DNA of 64,000 bases from an uncultured Bacilli bacterium (GCA_934102055.1 CAKOSE010000002.1:35215-99214), one strand, 5' to 3'; positions 31,022 to 42,107 are shown, counted from the first letter of the stretch. Translations and numbers: made by a program. The notes: a model not told the origin generated them from the letters alone.

Positions 31022-32260
31022 ATGAAATATTCAAGTTGGATGTCTAAAAAAGACATAAAAAAGAACCTAAACCAAACACAAAGTCAGAAAGGAGGAATAA
31101 TACCACTTATATATGAAAACGATCAAGCATATGGAATTGATATAGCAAACACCATAGTAATAGGATCATCTGGATCAGGAAAAACACAAAACATAATACT
31201 TCCAACCATAAAAAGCATTATAAAAAACAATGAATCATTCATAATAAATGATCAAAAAGGAGAAATGAAACAAGCAACAGAAACCCTATTAAAAGAACAA
31301 AAATATAATGTAATTGATCTATCGTTCGAAAACCCACAAACAAAACACAAATGGAATCCATTCGAATTACCAAAAAAACTATACAAAGAAAACAAAAAAG
31401 AAGAAGCTTTAAACATAATAGAAGAAACAATGACTATCCTATTCCAAGAACCAGCACCACCAATTGATCCATTTTGGACCTTATCCGCAAGAGACTTAGC
31501 AACAGGAACAGTCTTATATCTACTTGAAAATAACAAAGAAGTAACATTAAAAGAAATATACAAAACAGCGCAAACAATCACAAAAAAAACACTAGAAGAA
31601 CTAGATAAGCTAGGATCAACCTACTGCTTCCTATCAGGAACCCTAGTAGCACCAGAAGAAACAAAAAATTCAATCCTAACAGTATTTAATCAAACAATCA
31701 AAGATTACATCACAAAAGATAATACTAACAATATAATATCAATAACAAACTTCGATATAACAAAAATAAAAACAGAAAAAACAGCCCTATTCATAAACGA
31801 TAATAATAAAGAAATAACTAATGTACTAATACCAGTCCTAATAAGTCAAATAGTAAAAACAGTAGAAATATATAACCAAAAAGAAAATAAACTAAACATA
31901 GTAATAAAAGACTTTGACGACTTAGTAACAATGAAAAACTACTCAAAAATACTAATGAAATCAAAAAAATATAACATAAACAATCTAATAACAATACAAG
32001 GTCTAATAACAATAGAAAACAAATATAACAAAGAAGACATAAGACTAGTAGCAATAAATATGACAAACTTAATATACTTATATTCACAAGATCTGAGAGT
32101 ATTAAGAGAAATATCTCTTGTGTGTGGAAACGAATCAAGATGTGAACCACTAGCAACAATCGAAGAACTACAAAGAATAAACCAAAACGAAGCAATAATC
32201 AAAATACCAAGATTAAATCCAATAAAAATAGATTTAATACCGGATTATGAAGTAAAATGA
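31022..32260 (+). CDS. soluble VirD4/TraG-like (type IV coupling protein family) NTPase lacking TM segments
   Basis: Walker A GSSGSGKTQNIILPT. FIINDQKGEM...YNVIDLSF..KWNPF and DPFWTLSARDLATGTVLYL follow the T4CP pattern. ATG 31022 follows AAAGGAG. Confidence 0.7.
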   Translation: MKYSSWMSKKDIKKNLNQTQSQKGGIIPLIYENDQAYGIDIANTIVIGSSGSGKTQNIILPTIKSIIKNNESFIINDQKGEMKQATETLLKEQKYNVIDLSFENPQTKHKWNPFELPKKLYKENKKEEALNIIEETMTILFQEPAPPIDPFWTLSARDLATGTVLYLLENNKEVTLKEIYKTAQTITKKTLEELDKLGSTYCFLSGTLVAPEETKNSILTVFNQTIKDYITKDNTNNIISITNFDITKIKTEKTALFINDNNKEITNVLIPVLISQIVKTVEIYNQKENKLNIVIKDFDDLVTMKNYSKILMKSKKYNINNLITIQGLITIENKYNKEDIRLVAINMTNLIYLYSQDLRVLREISLVCGNESRCEPLATIEELQRINQNEAIIKIPRLNPIKIDLIPDYEVK

Positions 32261-33939
32261 GAAAATATATATCAAAAATAAAACCACAAATAGCAGTATA
32301 TACATTTTTATTAATAATAACAACAATAATAAATGTAGTGATCCCAACAATCAATGCAAATCTATTAACAAATTTAACCAAATTCAACATAAAACTAGCA
32401 TTCATATTTGCTATATCATTATTACTAATTACAATTATAAAAGTGATATTTAATAAACTAAGTAATCATTTTTCAATGAAAATAAGAGAAAAAATACTTT
32501 ATAATATAAGATTAGATATGATAAAACAAATATTTAAAATGAAAATAAAAAACTTTGATAAAACACCATCTGGATTCTTTCAAGAAAGAATAAAACAAGA
32601 TCCGATTGTCATAAACAATGGGTTTAGTATAGTACAGTATAGTTTATTCTCTATAATAAAAGAACTAGCAATGTTAATATATGTATTCTATTTAAATATA
32701 TATATAGGATCAGTATTTGTGGTAGGAATTATCATAGTCTATTTATATGAAAAAATAGCATATGAAAAATACGAACAAGTAAATAAAGAAATAATGGAAA
32801 CAGCAGATAAAACTGGAACAATATTAAATGAAACATTAAAAGGAATGAAAGAAATAAAATTGCTCAATATAACACAAAAATTTACTAATTTAGTTGGAGA
32901 ATCATTAAATAAAAGAAATAAATTAGAAACTAAATCATCAGATATAAGAATATCAATATATAATACAACAGAAATAATGGAAGCAATAATAACATTTGCA
33001 GTTTTAGCATTAGGTATTTACTTAGTAAAAATAAACCTTCTAACTTTAACAGGATTTCTAATCATATTTATGTATAAAACAGATATATTTGGTATAGTAT
33101 TAAGTTACACATCCCTAAAAGAATATTTAGTAAAATATAAAGTTTCAAAAGAAAGAATAAAAGAAATATATAATGAAGAACAATATCCAGTAGAAACATT
33201 TGGTTCAAAAACTATCCAAAACGCAAAAGGAATAATAGAATTTAAAAATGTAAAGTTTTCCTACACAAAAAAACAAATCCTAAAAGGCATTACCTTTAAA
33301 GTAAAAGAAAATGAAAATATCGCAATAGTAGGAAAAAGTGGAAGTGGCAAAAGTACAATATTTAATTTATTAACAAAAAGTTATACCGATTATGAAGGAA
33401 TAATAACATTGGATGGAATAGATATAAAAGAATTAACTCAAGAATCATTAAGAAATAATATATCTATAATCACACAAAGCCCTTATATATTTAATCTAAC
33501 AATAAAAGAAAATCTAAAATTAATAGATAGAAAAATAACCGATAAACAAATGAAAGAAGCATGTAAAAAAGCAAAAATCCATGACTATATAGAAAGTTTA
33601 CCAAAGGGATATGACACTCTTCTAGGAGAAGGAGGAACAACCCTTTCAGGAGGACAAAAACAAAGATTAGCGATAGCAAGAGCATTACTAAAACAAAGCA
33701 AAATATTATTATTTGATGAAGCAACTTCTGCATTAGATAATATAACGCAGAAAGAAATAAATGAACAAATAAAAGATATGTCAAAAGATCACACAATAAT
33801 AACAATAGCACATAGACTATCAACAATAATAGATTCAGATAATATATATCTATTAGAAAAGGGAACAATTATAGGTTCAGGAACCCATAAACAATTAATA
33901 AAAAATAACAAAAAATATCAAGAATTATATAAAAAATAA
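32257..33939 (+). CDS. ABC exporter, fused permease-ATPase
   Basis: 560 aa with an N-terminal 6-TM region. Walker A GKSGSGKST, signature LSGGQKQRLAIARA, Walker B ILLFDEATS. ATGA overlap with the upstream gene. Confidence 0.93.
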   Translation: MRKYISKIKPQIAVYTFLLIITTIINVVIPTINANLLTNLTKFNIKLAFIFAISLLLITIIKVIFNKLSNHFSMKIREKILYNIRLDMIKQIFKMKIKNFDKTPSGFFQERIKQDPIVINNGFSIVQYSLFSIIKELAMLIYVFYLNIYIGSVFVVGIIIVYLYEKIAYEKYEQVNKEIMETADKTGTILNETLKGMKEIKLLNITQKFTNLVGESLNKRNKLETKSSDIRISIYNTTEIMEAIITFAVLALGIYLVKINLLTLTGFLIIFMYKTDIFGIVLSYTSLKEYLVKYKVSKERIKEIYNEEQYPVETFGSKTIQNAKGIIEFKNVKFSYTKKQILKGITFKVKENENIAIVGKSGSGKSTIFNLLTKSYTDYEGIITLDGIDIKELTQESLRNNISIITQSPYIFNLTIKENLKLIDRKITDKQMKEACKKAKIHDYIESLPKGYDTLLGEGGTTLSGGQKQRLAIARALLKQSKILLFDEATSALDNITQKEINEQIKDMSKDHTIITIAHRLSTIIDSDNIYLLEKGTIIGSGTHKQLIKNNKKYQELYKK

Positions 33940-33980
33940 ATAAATAGATCTAGTAGTACCAACGATAACATTTAACATAA

Positions 33981-34014
33981 AAAAGTAGATTAGTCTTTTT
34001 GGCAATCTACTTTT
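33981..34014 (+). terminator. intrinsic terminator after the ABC gene
   Basis: AAAAGTAGATT, a 12-nt loop, then AATCTACTTTT. Confidence 0.6.
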
Positions 34015-34095
34015 ATCAGATCCGACTAGGTCTTTTCTATTGTTAAAACAAAAAAAATATGCTATACTACATACGATTTAAAAGAGGTGGTATAA

Positions 34096-35952
34096 ATGAA
34101 TTATGACATAATAGTAGTCGGAGGAGGCCATGCTGGATGCGAAGCAGCTCTTGCATCAGCAAGATTAAATAACAAAACATTATTAATAACAGGAAACAAA
34201 AACAACATAGCAGACGCTCCATGTAATCCCTCAATAGGTGGCCCAGCCAAAGGAATAGTAGTAAGAGAAATAGATGCTCTAGGCGGAGAAATGGCAAAAA
34301 ACACAGACAAATCTATTCTCCAAATAAAAAAACTAAACACAAGAAAAGGTCCAGCAGTCTGGGCATTACGAGCACAAATAGACAAAGAAGAATATCAAAA
34401 AAATATGATAGAAACCATAGAACAACAAGAAAACCTAGAAATAAAAGAAACCCTAGTAGAACATCTAATAACAAAAAACAACAAAATACAAGGAGTAATA
34501 ACAAGAGAAAAAGAACAAATATTATCAAAAGCAGTAATCCTAACAACAGGAACTTATCTAAACTCAAATATCTTAATCGGAAACACAAAGAAAAAAGAAG
34601 GTCCACATGGGGAAGAAACAGAACTTAATCTAAGTAAAGATCTAGAAAAACTAGGATTTCCACTAAAAAGACTAAAAACAGGAACCCCTCCGAGAATAAA
34701 AAGAGATACCATAGACTTCACAAAAACCCAAGAAGAAAAAGGATCTCCTACTCCCCTAACCTTCTCATATCAAAATAAAATAATGTATAAACCAGAAAAC
34801 CAAGAAAGTTGTTATCTAATCTATACCACAAAACAAACACATGAAATAATAAACAAAAACCTAAAAAAATCAGCAATGTATGGAGGCTATGCCGAAGGAA
34901 TAGGACCTCGTTACTGCCCTTCCATTGAAGATAAAATAGTAAGATTTAATGACAAAGAAAGACACCAATTATTTCTAGAACCAGAAACAAAAAAATATGA
35001 CACAATATATGTCCAAGGATTCTCAACAAGTATGCCCAAAGACATCCAAGAACAAATGATAAAATCCTTACCAGGTCTAGAAAATGCAAAAATATTAAAA
35101 TATGCCTATGCCATAGAGTACGATGCCATAGATCCAAGGACATTAAAAAGAACTCTTGAAACAAAAATAATAGAAAATCTATACACAGCAGGACAAATAA
35201 ACGGAACAAGTGGTTATGAAGAAGCAGCATGTCAAGGACTAATCGCAGCAATAAATGCAAGTCAAAAATTACAAAATAAAGAGCCATTAATCCTAAGAAG
35301 AGACGAAGCTTACATAGGAGTCCTAATAGATGATCTAATAACAAAAGGAGTACAAGATCCATATAGATTATTAACATCACGAGCAGAATATCGTCTTCTT
35401 CTAAGAGACGATAACGCAGACCAAAGACTATCAAAATACGGAATAGAACTAGGACTATTAAACAAACAACAAGAAAATATGTATAAAGAAAAACAACAAA
35501 ATATAAAAAAACTTTTAAAAGAACTAAATAAAGAAATAACACCAAAACAAGAAACAAACAAAATCCTAGAATCCCAAAAGATAAACAAAATAACAGACAA
35601 AATATCCCTACATAATCTCTTAAAAAGACCAGAAGTAACAGTAGATAAACTAAAACCATTCCTAAAAGAAAACTATACACAAGAAGTAAAAGAAGAAATA
35701 GAAATAATGATAAAATACGAAGGATACATAAAAAAATCAAAAGAAGAAGCAAAAAAACAAGCAGAATACGAAAACATCACACTAAAAGAAAACATAGACT
35801 ACTCAAAAATACCAAACTTAGCCCTAGAAGCACGAGAAAAACTAAACAAAATAAAACCAAACTCTCTAGGACAAGCAATGAGAATAAGCGGAGTAAATCC
35901 AAGCGACATATCAAGCATAATGATATATCTAAAAAGAGGTAAAAATGAATAA
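34096..35952 (+). CDS. mnmG: tRNA uridine 5-carboxymethylaminomethyl modification enzyme MnmG
   Basis: 618 aa. FAD motif [12 protein letters not shown]. Confidence 0.97.
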   Translation: MNYDIIVVGGGHAGCEAALASARLNNKTLLITGNKNNIADAPCNPSIGGPAKGIVVREIDALGGEMAKNTDKSILQIKKLNTRKGPAVWALRAQIDKEEYQKNMIETIEQQENLEIKETLVEHLITKNNKIQGVITREKEQILSKAVILTTGTYLNSNILIGNTKKKEGPHGEETELNLSKDLEKLGFPLKRLKTGTPPRIKRDTIDFTKTQEEKGSPTPLTFSYQNKIMYKPENQESCYLIYTTKQTHEIINKNLKKSAMYGGYAEGIGPRYCPSIEDKIVRFNDKERHQLFLEPETKKYDTIYVQGFSTSMPKDIQEQMIKSLPGLENAKILKYAYAIEYDAIDPRTLKRTLETKIIENLYTAGQINGTSGYEEAACQGLIAAINASQKLQNKEPLILRRDEAYIGVLIDDLITKGVQDPYRLLTSRAEYRLLLRDDNADQRLSKYGIELGLLNKQQENMYKEKQQNIKKLLKELNKEITPKQETNKILESQKINKITDKISLHNLLKRPEVTVDKLKPFLKENYTQEVKEEIEIMIKYEGYIKKSKEEAKKQAEYENITLKENIDYSKIPNLALEAREKLNKIKPNSLGQAMRISGVNPSDISSIMIYLKRGKNE

Positions 35953-36637
35953 AGAAACATTTAAACAAGAGCTAAAAAAACTAAATATAGAAATAACAAG
36001 AGAACAAGAACAAATGCTAGAAAAATACTATAATTTACTAATAGAAACAAACAAAACAACAAACCTAACAAGAATAACAAACAAAGAAGAAGTCTATCTA
36101 AAACACTTTTACGATTCATTAACAATATCAAAAGTAATAAATCTAACAAACCAAAAAATAATAGACATAGGAACAGGCGCAGGTTTTCCAGGAATAGTTC
36201 TAAAAATAATATATAAAGATCTAAATATAACACTGTTAGACTCATCAAAAAAAAGAATAGACTTTCTAAATAAAGTAATAAAAGAACTAAATCTAACAAA
36301 CATAAAAACAATTCACGAAAGAATAGAAAACTATAAAGAAGAACAATTTGATATAGTAACATCACGAGCAGTAGCAAAAACAAATATGCTCCTAGAACTA
36401 TCATGTAATCTAGCAAAAATAAACGGTTACTACATATTCCTAAAAGGAAACCTAGAAGAAGAACTAACTGAATCACAAAACGCTATAAAAAAATTAAACT
36501 TAAAACTAATCCAAAAAGAACAATTTCATCTTCCTATAGAAAACAGTAAAAGAACAATAATAAAAATACAAAAACAAAAAAACTCTCCAAAAGAATATCC
36601 AAGAAATTTTGCAAAAATAAAGAAAAACCCATTGTAA
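35945..36637 (+). CDS. rsmG: 16S rRNA m7G527 methyltransferase RsmG
   Basis: 230 aa. SAM motif [10 protein letters not shown]. Overlaps the mnmG end. Confidence 0.95.
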   Translation: MNKETFKQELKKLNIEITREQEQMLEKYYNLLIETNKTTNLTRITNKEEVYLKHFYDSLTISKVINLTNQKIIDIGTGAGFPGIVLKIIYKDLNITLLDSSKKRIDFLNKVIKELNLTNIKTIHERIENYKEEQFDIVTSRAVAKTNMLLELSCNLAKINGYYIFLKGNLEEELTESQNAIKKLNLKLIQKEQFHLPIENSKRTIIKIQKQKNSPKEYPRNFAKIKKNPL

Positions 36638-36700
36638 AATTTCTTTTTTTATTGTAAAATGATAATATAGAAGAAGTATAAAAAGAATAGAGGGATAAAT

Positions 36701-37765
36701 ATGAACTTAGAAAAAGAAATTTTTGACATATCCTTACAAGATATAATTCCAAATAGATTTCAACCAAGAGAAATGTTTGATGATGAAGCACTAAAAGAAT
36801 TATCACAATCAATAAAAGAACACGGAGTAATTCAACCAATTATAGTAAGAAAAGTTGGAGACAAATACGAAATAATCGCCGGAGAAAGAAGATTCAGAGC
36901 ATCACAATTAGCAGGAAAAACAACAATACCTGCCCTAGTAAGAGACATAGATGATAAAGAAGCCGCAAAAGTTGCCTTGCTAGAAAATCTTCAAAGAAGT
37001 AACCTTACTCCAATCGAAGAAGCAAAAACATACCAAACAATTCTGAAATTGGATAATATTACACAAGATGAGTTAGCGCAAAATCTAGGAAAGTCACAAT
37101 CAACAATAGCAAACAAACTAAGACTATTAACTCTAGATGAAGAAGTACAGACTGCCCTACTAAACTCACAAATATCAGAAAGACACGCAAGGAGCTTGCT
37201 AGGACTAGATCTAAATACTCAAAAAGAACTATTACACAAAATAATAAACGAAAAACTAACAGTAAAAGCCCTAGATGAAGAAATAATGAGAAGAACAGGT
37301 AAAATACCAGAAGAAAAAGTAGTACCAGACATGCAAGAAGGGAGCATAAATCAAATGACCAATAATCCTCAAGCAGTAGAAGTACCACAAATAAATCAAG
37401 TACCAAATATTATGCAAGCGCCTATGCCAAATAACATAAATCAAGTACAAGAAAAACAAAAAGAACCAGAAATTAATAAACAACAAGAACCAATAGAACA
37501 TAAAGAAAACATATTTGATAGACTAAGAGTAAAAGAAGAACCAGAACAAGAACCACAAGAAAATAATCAAACAGTAATAGGAAATAACAATCAACAACAA
37601 CAAGAACCAAGAAACTTTGGTAACATCTATGATTTAAGATTTGCAATAAATAACTTTAGACAAGCAATTCAAAACACAGAAAAATTTGGTTTCAAAGTAA
37701 ATGCACAAGAATATGATCATCCAGACAAATACCAAATAGTAATAGAAATAGACAAAAAGAACTAA
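36701..37765 (+). CDS. noc: nucleoid occlusion protein Noc (ParB paralogue) with a long Q/N/P/E-rich insertion
   Basis: GERRFRAS box. Recognition region GKSQSTIANKLRLL...ISERHAR matches B. subtilis Noc (GKGQSTIANKLRLL...ITERHAR). rsmG-noc-soj-spo0J order, and perfect NBS sites are present in the window. Confidence 0.8.
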   Translation: MNLEKEIFDISLQDIIPNRFQPREMFDDEALKELSQSIKEHGVIQPIIVRKVGDKYEIIAGERRFRASQLAGKTTIPALVRDIDDKEAAKVALLENLQRSNLTPIEEAKTYQTILKLDNITQDELAQNLGKSQSTIANKLRLLTLDEEVQTALLNSQISERHARSLLGLDLNTQKELLHKIINEKLTVKALDEEIMRRTGKIPEEKVVPDMQEGSINQMTNNPQAVEVPQINQVPNIMQAPMPNNINQVQEKQKEPEINKQQEPIEHKENIFDRLRVKEEPEQEPQENNQTVIGNNNQQQQEPRNFGNIYDLRFAINNFRQAIQNTEKFGFKVNAQEYDHPDKYQIVIEIDKKN

Positions 37766-37785
37766 AGCTCACAAAGAGCTTTTTT
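37764..37785 (+). terminator. intrinsic terminator after noc
   Basis: AAAGCTC, loop ACAAA, GAGCTTT, then TTT. Confidence 0.65.
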
Positions 37786-37862
37786 AAATTACAAAAAAGC
37801 CCTTTAAAAAACAAAAAAATTTTGATAAAATAGTAATAGCAAAAAGGAATAGGTGGTAACGA

Positions 37863-38648
37863 ATGGGAAAAGTAATATCATTAATAAATCAAAAAGGCGG
37901 AGTAGGAAAAACAACAACAAGTATAAACTTATCTGCATCACTAGCTCTGCTAGGAAAAAAAATACTATTAATAGATTTAGATCCACAATGTAATGCAACA
38001 ACAGGAATAGGATTAAACAAAGGAGACATAGAAAAAAGTATTTATAACGTCTTTAATGGAACATCAACAATCGAAGAAGCAATAATAAAAACAAAATATA
38101 AAAACTTATATGTTCTTCCAGCAAATATAAATTTAGCAGGAATAGATATTGAACTAGACCAAACAGAAACACTAGAATCAGTATCAAAATCAGAAAGATT
38201 AAAAGAACACATAAATAAAATAAAAAACACTTACGATTACATAATAATAGATTGTCCACCAGCACTAGGAATAATAACAACAAATGCTTTAACAGCCTCA
38301 GATTCAGTAATTATTCCAGTACAATGTGAATTTTTTGCACTAGAAGGAATAACACAACTATTAAAAGCTATTATGTACACACAAGCAAATCTAAACCCAA
38401 ATCTAACAATAGAAGGAGTATTATTAACAATGTTAGATGCAAGAACAAATCTAGGTTTAGAAGTAGTAGAAGAAATAAGAAGTTACTTTAAAGACAAAGT
38501 ATATAACACAATAATACCAAGATTAATTAGACTAACAGAAGCACCATCGCACGGAAAACCAATAGTAGCATATGATCCAAAATCAAGAGGATCAGAAGCA
38601 TATCTAAATTTAGCCAAAGAGGTGATCAAAGGAAATGGAACAAACTAA
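37863..38648 (+). CDS. soj: chromosome partitioning ATPase ParA/Soj
   Basis: 261 aa. Deviant Walker A NQKGGVGKTT. Confidence 0.96.
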   Translation: MGKVISLINQKGGVGKTTTSINLSASLALLGKKILLIDLDPQCNATTGIGLNKGDIEKSIYNVFNGTSTIEEAIIKTKYKNLYVLPANINLAGIDIELDQTETLESVSKSERLKEHINKIKNTYDYIIIDCPPALGIITTNALTASDSVIIPVQCEFFALEGITQLLKAIMYTQANLNPNLTIEGVLLTMLDARTNLGLEVVEEIRSYFKDKVYNTIIPRLIRLTEAPSHGKPIVAYDPKSRGSEAYLNLAKEVIKGNGTN

Positions 38649-39513
38649 AAGAAGAGCCCTAGGAAGAGGACTAGAAGAACTATTCAACATAGAAGACATA
38701 AATTACAATAAAATGGAAGAAAAAATAATGGAAACAGTAGATGAAGAAGAAATAAAAGAAATACCATTATCAAAACTAAGAGTAAATCCATATCAACCAA
38801 GAAAAACATTTAATGAAGATGCCCTAAAAGAACTAGCAGAATCAATAAAAGAACACGGAGTAATTCAACCAATAATAGTAAAGAAAAGCATAAAAGACTA
38901 CGAAATAGTCGCTGGAGAAAGAAGATTTAGAGCATCGAAATTAGCAGGAAAAGAAACAATTCCATGTATAATAAGAAACTTCACAGATGAACAAATGATG
39001 GAAATAGCAGTGCTGGAAAACCTTCAAAGAGAAAACCTAAACTCAATCGAAGAAGCCATGGCTTACGAATCATTAATGAAAAACCTAAATCTAACACAAG
39101 AACAAGTAGCAAAAAAAGTAGGAAAAAGCCGTAGCTATATAACAAACTTACTAGGATTACTAAACTTACCACAACCAGTAAAAGATCTTGTAAAACAAGG
39201 AAAACTTACACAAAGTCATGCAAGAACTCTATCAAAACTAGAAGATCAAACAAAAATAATAGATCTTGCAAATAAAATAATAAACGAAAATCTAAACGTC
39301 AGACAAATCGAAGAAACAACAAGACAAAAAGAATACACAAAAAAAGAACATCAACAAAGAAAAACAAATCCAAAAGAATACGAAACCCTAGAAAGAGAAC
39401 TAGAAAACTATCTAGGAACAAAAGTAACGATAAAACCAAGAAAAATAGAAATAAACTACGAAAATACAAATGATTTAAACAGAATATTAGAAATAATAAA
39501 CTTTAATAAATAG
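38635..39513 (+). CDS. spo0J: chromosome partitioning protein ParB/Spo0J
   Basis: 292 aa. GERRFRAS box. ParB-type recognition region GKSRSYITNLLGLL...LTQSHAR. Confidence 0.95.
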   Translation: MEQTKRRALGRGLEELFNIEDINYNKMEEKIMETVDEEEIKEIPLSKLRVNPYQPRKTFNEDALKELAESIKEHGVIQPIIVKKSIKDYEIVAGERRFRASKLAGKETIPCIIRNFTDEQMMEIAVLENLQRENLNSIEEAMAYESLMKNLNLTQEQVAKKVGKSRSYITNLLGLLNLPQPVKDLVKQGKLTQSHARTLSKLEDQTKIIDLANKIINENLNVRQIEETTRQKEYTKKEHQQRKTNPKEYETLERELENYLGTKVTIKPRKIEINYENTNDLNRILEIINFNK

Positions 39514-39522
39514 GTGATAAAA

Positions 39523-40314
39523 ATGTTAAACGATTTCTTTAAATTCATAGTAGCAAAAGACATACACTTAGTACTAATCTACATATTGCTAGGATACATA
39601 ATATATCAGTTAATAAAAGGATTAATTTCAAAAAACACAAAAAGGCTAAAGAAAAAACGACAAAAAACAATGCAAAAATTAGTAGAAAACATAGTAAAAT
39701 ACGCAGTAATAATTCTAGTAGCAGTAGCAGTCCTAAATACATTAGGAGTAAATGTAACATCCATCGCAGCAGGACTAGGAATAGCATCAGTAATACTAAG
39801 CTTAGCTCTAAAAGACGTAATGGAAGACGTCCTATCAGGAATATCAATAGTTTTTGAAGATCAATTCGATATAGGAGACCTAGTCCAAATAAATGGTTTT
39901 ACAGGAAGAGTAATAGATTTAGGGCTAAAAAGTACAAAAATAAAAAGTTTCGAAAACACAGTAAAAATCCTAGCAAACAGAAACATAAACGAAGTAATAA
40001 ACTACTCAAAAGCAAGTCCAAATCTAATAATAGATCTCCCTATTCCATATGAAATAACACAAAAACAAACAGACAAAGTAATAGAAAAAATAATCAAAAG
40101 AATAGAAAAAGATCTAACAACCCTAAAAGGAAACATAGAACTATGGGGTCTTCAAGAATTCAAAGATTCAAGCATAAGCTATAGACTATTTATCCCAGTA
40201 GAAACAGATAGCCAGTTTAGTGCAAGAAGACAAATAAATAGGATAATAAAAGAAGAATATGACAAAGAAAATATATCTGTACCATTCAATATAATAGAGG
40301 TAAAAAATGGATAA
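39523..40314 (+). CDS. MscS-family mechanosensitive channel
   Basis: MscS beta-domain GDLVQINGFTGRVIDLGLKSTKIKSFENTVKILANRNI. ATG 39523 follows AGGTGA. Confidence 0.88.
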   Translation: MLNDFFKFIVAKDIHLVLIYILLGYIIYQLIKGLISKNTKRLKKKRQKTMQKLVENIVKYAVIILVAVAVLNTLGVNVTSIAAGLGIASVILSLALKDVMEDVLSGISIVFEDQFDIGDLVQINGFTGRVIDLGLKSTKIKSFENTVKILANRNINEVINYSKASPNLIIDLPIPYEITQKQTDKVIEKIIKRIEKDLTTLKGNIELWGLQEFKDSSISYRLFIPVETDSQFSARRQINRIIKEEYDKENISVPFNIIEVKNG

Positions 40315-40492
40315 AAATTACACAATAGGAACAAAAGTAATAATGAAAAAACAACACCCCTGTGGAACCAATCTATGGGAAATAACACGACTAGGAGCAG
40401 ATATAAAACTAAAATGTTTAAATTGTGGTAGATTAGTAATGATTCCAAGAATAGAGTTTAATAAAAAATTAAAAAAAATAATCGAGGAGTAA
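40307..40492 (+). CDS. DUF951 small zinc-ribbon-like protein (B. subtilis YyzM type)
   Basis: 61 aa. MKKQHPCGTNLWEITRLGADIKLKCLNCGRLVMIPRIEFNKKLKK matches the DUF951 pattern. Confidence 0.8.
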   Translation: MDKNYTIGTKVIMKKQHPCGTNLWEITRLGADIKLKCLNCGRLVMIPRIEFNKKLKKIIEE

Positions 40493-40496
40493 AGAT

Positions 40497-42092
40497 ATGG
40501 CAAAAAAGAAAAAAAACAAAAAACTAAAACTACATCCAGTAACAAGTTTTATCATACTCATATTAGCAACAATACTATTAAGTGCAATACTTTCAATATT
40601 TAACATATCAGCATCATATGATAGTATCAATCAAGATACAAACGAACTAGAACAAACAATAGTAACAGTAAAAAACATGTTATCATACGATGGAATAAAA
40701 TCAATAATAAGTAACGCATCTACAAATTTCATAAGTTTCACAACAGTAAGTACACTAATAATAACACTAATGGGAATAGCAGTAGCAGAAGAAACAGGAC
40801 TAATCCAAGTATTCCTAAAAAGAAAACTCGCGAAAATAAATCCAAAAATAATAACATTTCTCCTATTCCTGTTAGCAGTATTTTCAAGTATAGTAAACGA
40901 AGTAGGATACGCAGTGCTAATACCATTAGGTGCCCTTCTATTTCTATTTAACGGAAGAAATCCACTGGCAGGAATAATGACAGCATTCGCCGGTGTAGCA
41001 TTCGGTTACAGTGTAAGTTTCTTCGTAGGAAGTACAGATATGTCATTAATACCATATACAATAAGTGCTGCACATCTAATAGATGAAACATTCTATGTAA
41101 GAATGACATCAAATCTATATATAATGATCTTCTCATGTATAGTAATATCTATAGTAGGAACAATCATAACAGAAAAATATATAGTAAAAAAAGTAGGAAG
41201 ATACGTTCACAAGAAAAAAGACGATCTAGATCAAACAAAAGAAATAGAATACTTAGACTTGCAATATGAAGAACAAAAGAAAATAAAATCTGAAGAACAA
41301 GAGAAAAAAGGACTAAAATATGCCCTAGTAGCAGCACTAATCATAACAGCAATATTCGCATATATGATAGTACCAGGACTACCATTCTCAGGAGCCCTAC
41401 TAGATAGTACAGAAAAATCATATGCATATCAATTATTCGGAGCAAATTCATATCTAGAATCAGGATTTACATATATGCTAGCACTATTCCTAATAGTAAC
41501 AGGAATAGCATATGCAATCGGGGCAAAATCAATAAAAAATGACAAAGAACTAATGAAAAAATTAACAAACAAACTAAGTACCCTAGGAATACTACTAGTA
41601 ATGATATTCTTTGCCTCACAATTCATAGCAATATTTAAAGAAACAAACATAGGAACCATAATAGTAGTATTCCTATCTAATATACTAAAATCAATTCCAT
41701 TATCAGGAACATTACTAATAATAGTAGCAATCATAGTAATAGCAATATCAAATCTATTCGTACCAAGTACAATGACAAAGTGGATAATAATATCTCCTAT
41801 TCTGGTACCAGCTATGATGCAACTAAATATGTCTCCACAATATTCACAATTCATCTTTAGAGCAGCAGAATCAATGACAAATGGAGTAACACCACTCCTA
41901 GCATATTTTGTAGTATATATAGGGTACCTAAACATCTATAACAAAGAAGAAAACAAAGTATACGGAGTAAGAGACGGATTAAAATACATGATGCCATATC
42001 TAATAGCACTTTCAGTAGCATGGATAGCAATCATTCTGTTGTGGTATCTAATAGGATTACCATTAGGACCAGGAGCATACCCAGTATTATAA
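40497..42092 (+). CDS. AbgT-family transporter
   Basis: 531 aa polytopic protein with an AbgT-type N-terminus (basic start, then LHPVTSFIILILATILLSAILS). Confidence 0.75.
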   Translation: MAKKKKNKKLKLHPVTSFIILILATILLSAILSIFNISASYDSINQDTNELEQTIVTVKNMLSYDGIKSIISNASTNFISFTTVSTLIITLMGIAVAEETGLIQVFLKRKLAKINPKIITFLLFLLAVFSSIVNEVGYAVLIPLGALLFLFNGRNPLAGIMTAFAGVAFGYSVSFFVGSTDMSLIPYTISAAHLIDETFYVRMTSNLYIMIFSCIVISIVGTIITEKYIVKKVGRYVHKKKDDLDQTKEIEYLDLQYEEQKKIKSEEQEKKGLKYALVAALIITAIFAYMIVPGLPFSGALLDSTEKSYAYQLFGANSYLESGFTYMLALFLIVTGIAYAIGAKSIKNDKELMKKLTNKLSTLGILLVMIFFASQFIAIFKETNIGTIIVVFLSNILKSIPLSGTLLIIVAIIVIAISNLFVPSTMTKWIIISPILVPAMMQLNMSPQYSQFIFRAAESMTNGVTPLLAYFVVYIGYLNIYNKEENKVYGVRDGLKYMMPYLIALSVAWIAIILLWYLIGLPLGPGAYPVL

Positions 42093-42107
42093 CAAGGAGG
42101 AAAAAAC

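Noticed and set aside
34946-35752. 268-aa L/F-rich ORF antisense to mnmG. Similar long antisense ORFs include 61136-61771, 26863-27390, 41429-41935, 48900-49418, 35961-36476, 52281-52772, 59176-59652 and 20406-20801
   Set aside because: These are compositional shadows. The sense strands are so purine/A-rich that their complements rarely contain stop codons. The products are low-complexity L/F/V/C strings lying opposite strongly conserved genes.
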